This document shows, one piece after another, positions 38,799 through 39,802 of a DNA stretch of 39,802 nucleotides. Origin of the DNA: an uncultured Candidatus Saccharibacteria bacterium (lineage in GTDB: Bacteria; Patescibacteriota; Saccharimonadia; Saccharimonadales; CAZJQT01). The notes beneath the pieces are model-generated. The model did no database searches and was not told the origin of the DNA. It was given only the letters and a program-made list of their open reading frames with translations. The position numbers and the translations under genes were made by a program. The stretch's first letter is position 1. Each line of letters begins with the position of its first letter. The stretch spans positions 1-39,802 of the forward strand of contig CAZWRJ010000006.1 of assembly GCA_964636215.1 (NCBI GenBank), written 5' to 3'.

Positions 38799-38926
38799 GA
38801 TGCAGATTAAAACATATCTTTGTAGCAATAACAAGAATGGAGGTATTTACTCTGGGATTACTATACAGAGTTCAAACAAGAGAAAGAAAGACGAAAGAAG
38901 TTGTTAGTCCCCTGAGGGGATATGCC

Positions 38927-39685
38927 CTATGTGGCCAATTTACCAGGAAAATGGTAGTGAATACCAATGGTGGCATAGTGGCCGCGTCTTGTAGTTTTAA
39001 CTCGCACATTACTTCCAGCTCTTCCAAGCTCTTCTGCCATTTCGTGTTGATAGATAGTGGGAATAATCTTATCAGTTAAAGAGACTGTCATATTCACTGG
39101 CTTACCTTTAAATGCACTCGTATGATTTTTTGGAGCAAGGTCTTGCCAGGCTTCAACAATTGTTTTTTCATCAACCCCTTGTTTTTCTAACTCTTGGCGT
39201 ATTTTTACAGTTCTAGACCCATGCCACATACTACGAGCAAGGTCACTGCTTCCGGCAATTATTGTTGCGCCAGTAAATCTTGGTAGTCTTTCCGCTAAAA
39301 GCGCTAAGGAGACTGTCCCAAGACTGGCAGATACTAGGTGGAATTCTTCTAGCTGTGTGTTTTCTGTCAGATCTTCTAAGTCTTCAGTTACTACATCTTG
39401 AATGTGGTGAAATGAGGCTAGTACACTGTCTAAGTCTGGTTGAAGAATATGATCACTAAAATCATATCTTCGAACTGCGAAACCCTGCCTGTTTAGATGT
39501 CCAGCGAAAGCAGTATAATGCCAGTCGTCCTGGTGAGTGTGCCAGGGTGGAAGTAAAACGGCCCAACGATTAGAATCTTCAGGACCACTGTCTTTATATC
39601 CTAAAACTGCTTGTTCTGGTGTATAGCCTGGATCAACCATGTCATCGCTTTCAATGGCACGTGACTCCATAAACTTGTCAATCAT
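38927..39685 (-). CDS. Alpha/beta-hydrolase fold protein
   Basis: VLLPPW, nucleophile elbow LVSASLGT, DKIIP and GHY give Ser-Asp-His order. Confidence 0.65.
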   Translation of the reverse strand: MIDKFMESRAIESDDMVDPGYTPEQAVLGYKDSGPEDSNRWAVLLPPWHTHQDDWHYTAFAGHLNRQGFAVRRYDFSDHILQPDLDSVLASFHHIQDVVTEDLEDLTENTQLEEFHLVSASLGTVSLALLAERLPRFTGATIIAGSSDLARSMWHGSRTVKIRQELEKQGVDEKTIVEAWQDLAPKNHTSAFKGKPVNMTVSLTDKIIPTIYQHEMAEELGRAGSNVRVKTTRRGHYATIGIHYHFPGKLAT

Positions 39686-39704
39686 TCAAATATGATAGCA
39701 AATC

Positions 39705-39737
39705 AAATAAAAATGACCTCAAATATAAGAGGTCATT
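39705..39737 (-). terminator. Rho-independent terminator after tmRNA
   Basis: 9 bp stem AATGACCTC/GAGGTCATT (39712-39720/39729-39737) followed by a T-rich tract on the minus strand. Confidence 0.8.
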
Positions 39738-39748
39738 ACGCTTATGCT

Positions 39749-39802
39749 TGGTGGAGCTGCCGGGTACTACCCCCGGGTCCGCTAGTCTACCTAGTTAGTC
39801 TT
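39749..39802 (-). ncRNA. ssrA: tmRNA 3' end (rest outside the window)
   Basis: Reverse complement reads GTAGAC...GGAC-CCGGG-GGTAGTA-CCCGG-CAGCTCC-ACCA; an Ala-type acceptor half (U70, A73) with no anticodon arm before it. Confidence 0.85.

Noticed and set aside
1-39802. Alternative genetic code (TGA read as Gly), CRISPR array or IS elements
   Set aside because: Conserved genes such as mnmA and the beta subunit end at TGA and are full length under code 11; no regularly spaced repeats or transposase ORFs were seen.

Overview
Dense housekeeping region of a reduced bacterial genome with almost all genes on the minus strand. Gene content, short intergenic gaps and truncated synthetases suggest Patescibacteria/CPR, probably Saccharibacteria (inference; TGA is used as a stop, so code 11). 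It has four tRNAs (Leu-CAG partial, Val-TAC, Leu-GAG, Val-CAC), the 3' end of tmRNA, and genes including uvrA, uvrC, sbcB, obgE, secG, pepP, rplY, dedA, mltG, ruvX, alaS, mnmA, iscS, tatD, metG and a trehalase. I found no integrase, transposase or CRISPR array. Four things stand out. (1) A six-gene, translationally coupled, divergent F1-like ATPase operon (b-like, delta-like, alpha, gamma, beta, epsilon) has no Fo a or c subunit and sits between iscS and mnmA. (2) An orphan FtsA-like actin is coupled to a membrane-anchored protein with a baseplate-J-like domain, upstream of ruvX-mltG. (3) A 16-codon leader peptide can pair with the ribosome-binding site of an ABC exporter, a candidate translational attenuator. 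(4) A ~150-170 nt multi-hairpin leader precedes a LysM/CHAP hydrolase that may start at ATT. Many genes appear to be leaderless or short-leader transcripts. All calls come from motif recognition by eye; no searches were run.
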